Source: Saccostrea cucullata (taxonomy: Eukaryota). Taken from it: DNA of 60,924 nucleotides. This document shows positions 60,226 through 60,924 of this stretch, piece after piece. Every line of letters begins with the position of its first letter. Position 1 is the stretch's first letter. Under the pieces are notes generated by a model that ran no database searches, was not told the origin of the DNA, and saw nothing but the letters and a program-made list of their open reading frames with translations. Location of the stretch: the NCBI RefSeq assembly GCF_032062105.1, contig NW_026940658.1, positions 62,001 through 122,924 on the forward strand, written 5' to 3'. Position numbers and translations under genes: made by a program.

Positions 60226-60924
60226 AACGTCTGATACACAACGGACTGAAAAAGTGAATAAACTAGGTTTAAACTATAGTTTAATTAGAAAAATAATGGC
60301 CAAACAATAATTGTTATCATGGTTATGAAACATGTCAGTCACAATAGGTCTTAATTAACTACACTGTATACAATTGCAGGTTGATATATTGGAAATCAGT
60401 TCAACACTGTTCAAATAAAATATCTAGTACATATATGAACTATAAAACACGTGCAGGACATTTACGATAGTTTCAGGAAGAGTATGTGAAGTAACAGATG
60501 ATGGACAATTATAGAGAAAAAACCAGTGCACTACGATGTGTAGTGTAGACCCAAAATGACCTATATTATTTCGTACGATAAAGACGAGAACGGTCAACCG
60601 TAGATTCAAACAGAAAAAAAAATCAATCGCAGGCGGATAATACAGAAAAAAAGGATCATACACATATAAAGAAGAAAAGTTATACATTCTTGTTGTTTTA
60701 TACAACATCTAACGATCATAACACTGTACATACGTCCAAGTCCGAAATGAAATAAGGATCTTACGCTCACGACCCAAGCTACGAATCCGTACACCAACAA
60801 CATATAGTCCTCTCGGAATCCCACTTTACTGCATTTTATGGAGGGGCATTAGCGATATTATTTTTTTGTATCACGAACTCGCATGCTATACATTAAAATG
60901 ATTATTTTTTTCCAGATTCCTTTA

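Overview
AT-rich eukaryotic (animal) genomic DNA with spliced GT/GC-AG genes. The repeat families and gene content suggest a bivalve, most likely an oyster (inference). Left to right: an assembly gap; a dead RLE-type non-LTR retrotransposon (R2/Hero-like); an intact cGAS-like receptor (cGLR/Mab-21) flanked by decayed copies of itself; inverted 21-bp minisatellite arrays; a satellite-carrying Helentron-like element; PRMT7 (-); a Penelope-like RT remnant; coactosin-like COTL1 (+); a MULE relic; PYURF/PreY (-) head-to-head with POP4/Rpp29 (+); KDSR (-); an unrecognised 3-exon secreted protein with a ~140-aa block that is ~60% Arg/Lys; tRNA-Glu(CTC); an intronless minimal HAD-superfamily ORF; a methionine/cystathionine gamma-lyase-family gene (+); a conodipine-like secreted PLA2 (-); and a 9-finger zinc-finger exon (-). 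Many MITEs have readable TSDs (TA, 3, 5, 6 and 8 bp), and several long palindromes share an unusual mini-hairpin tip. The best novelty candidates are the secreted protamine-like protein, the intronless HAD with a TAATG-overlapping uORF, the cGLR birth-and-death locus and the hairpin-tipped palindromic elements. Exon boundaries were read by eye and no database searches were run.
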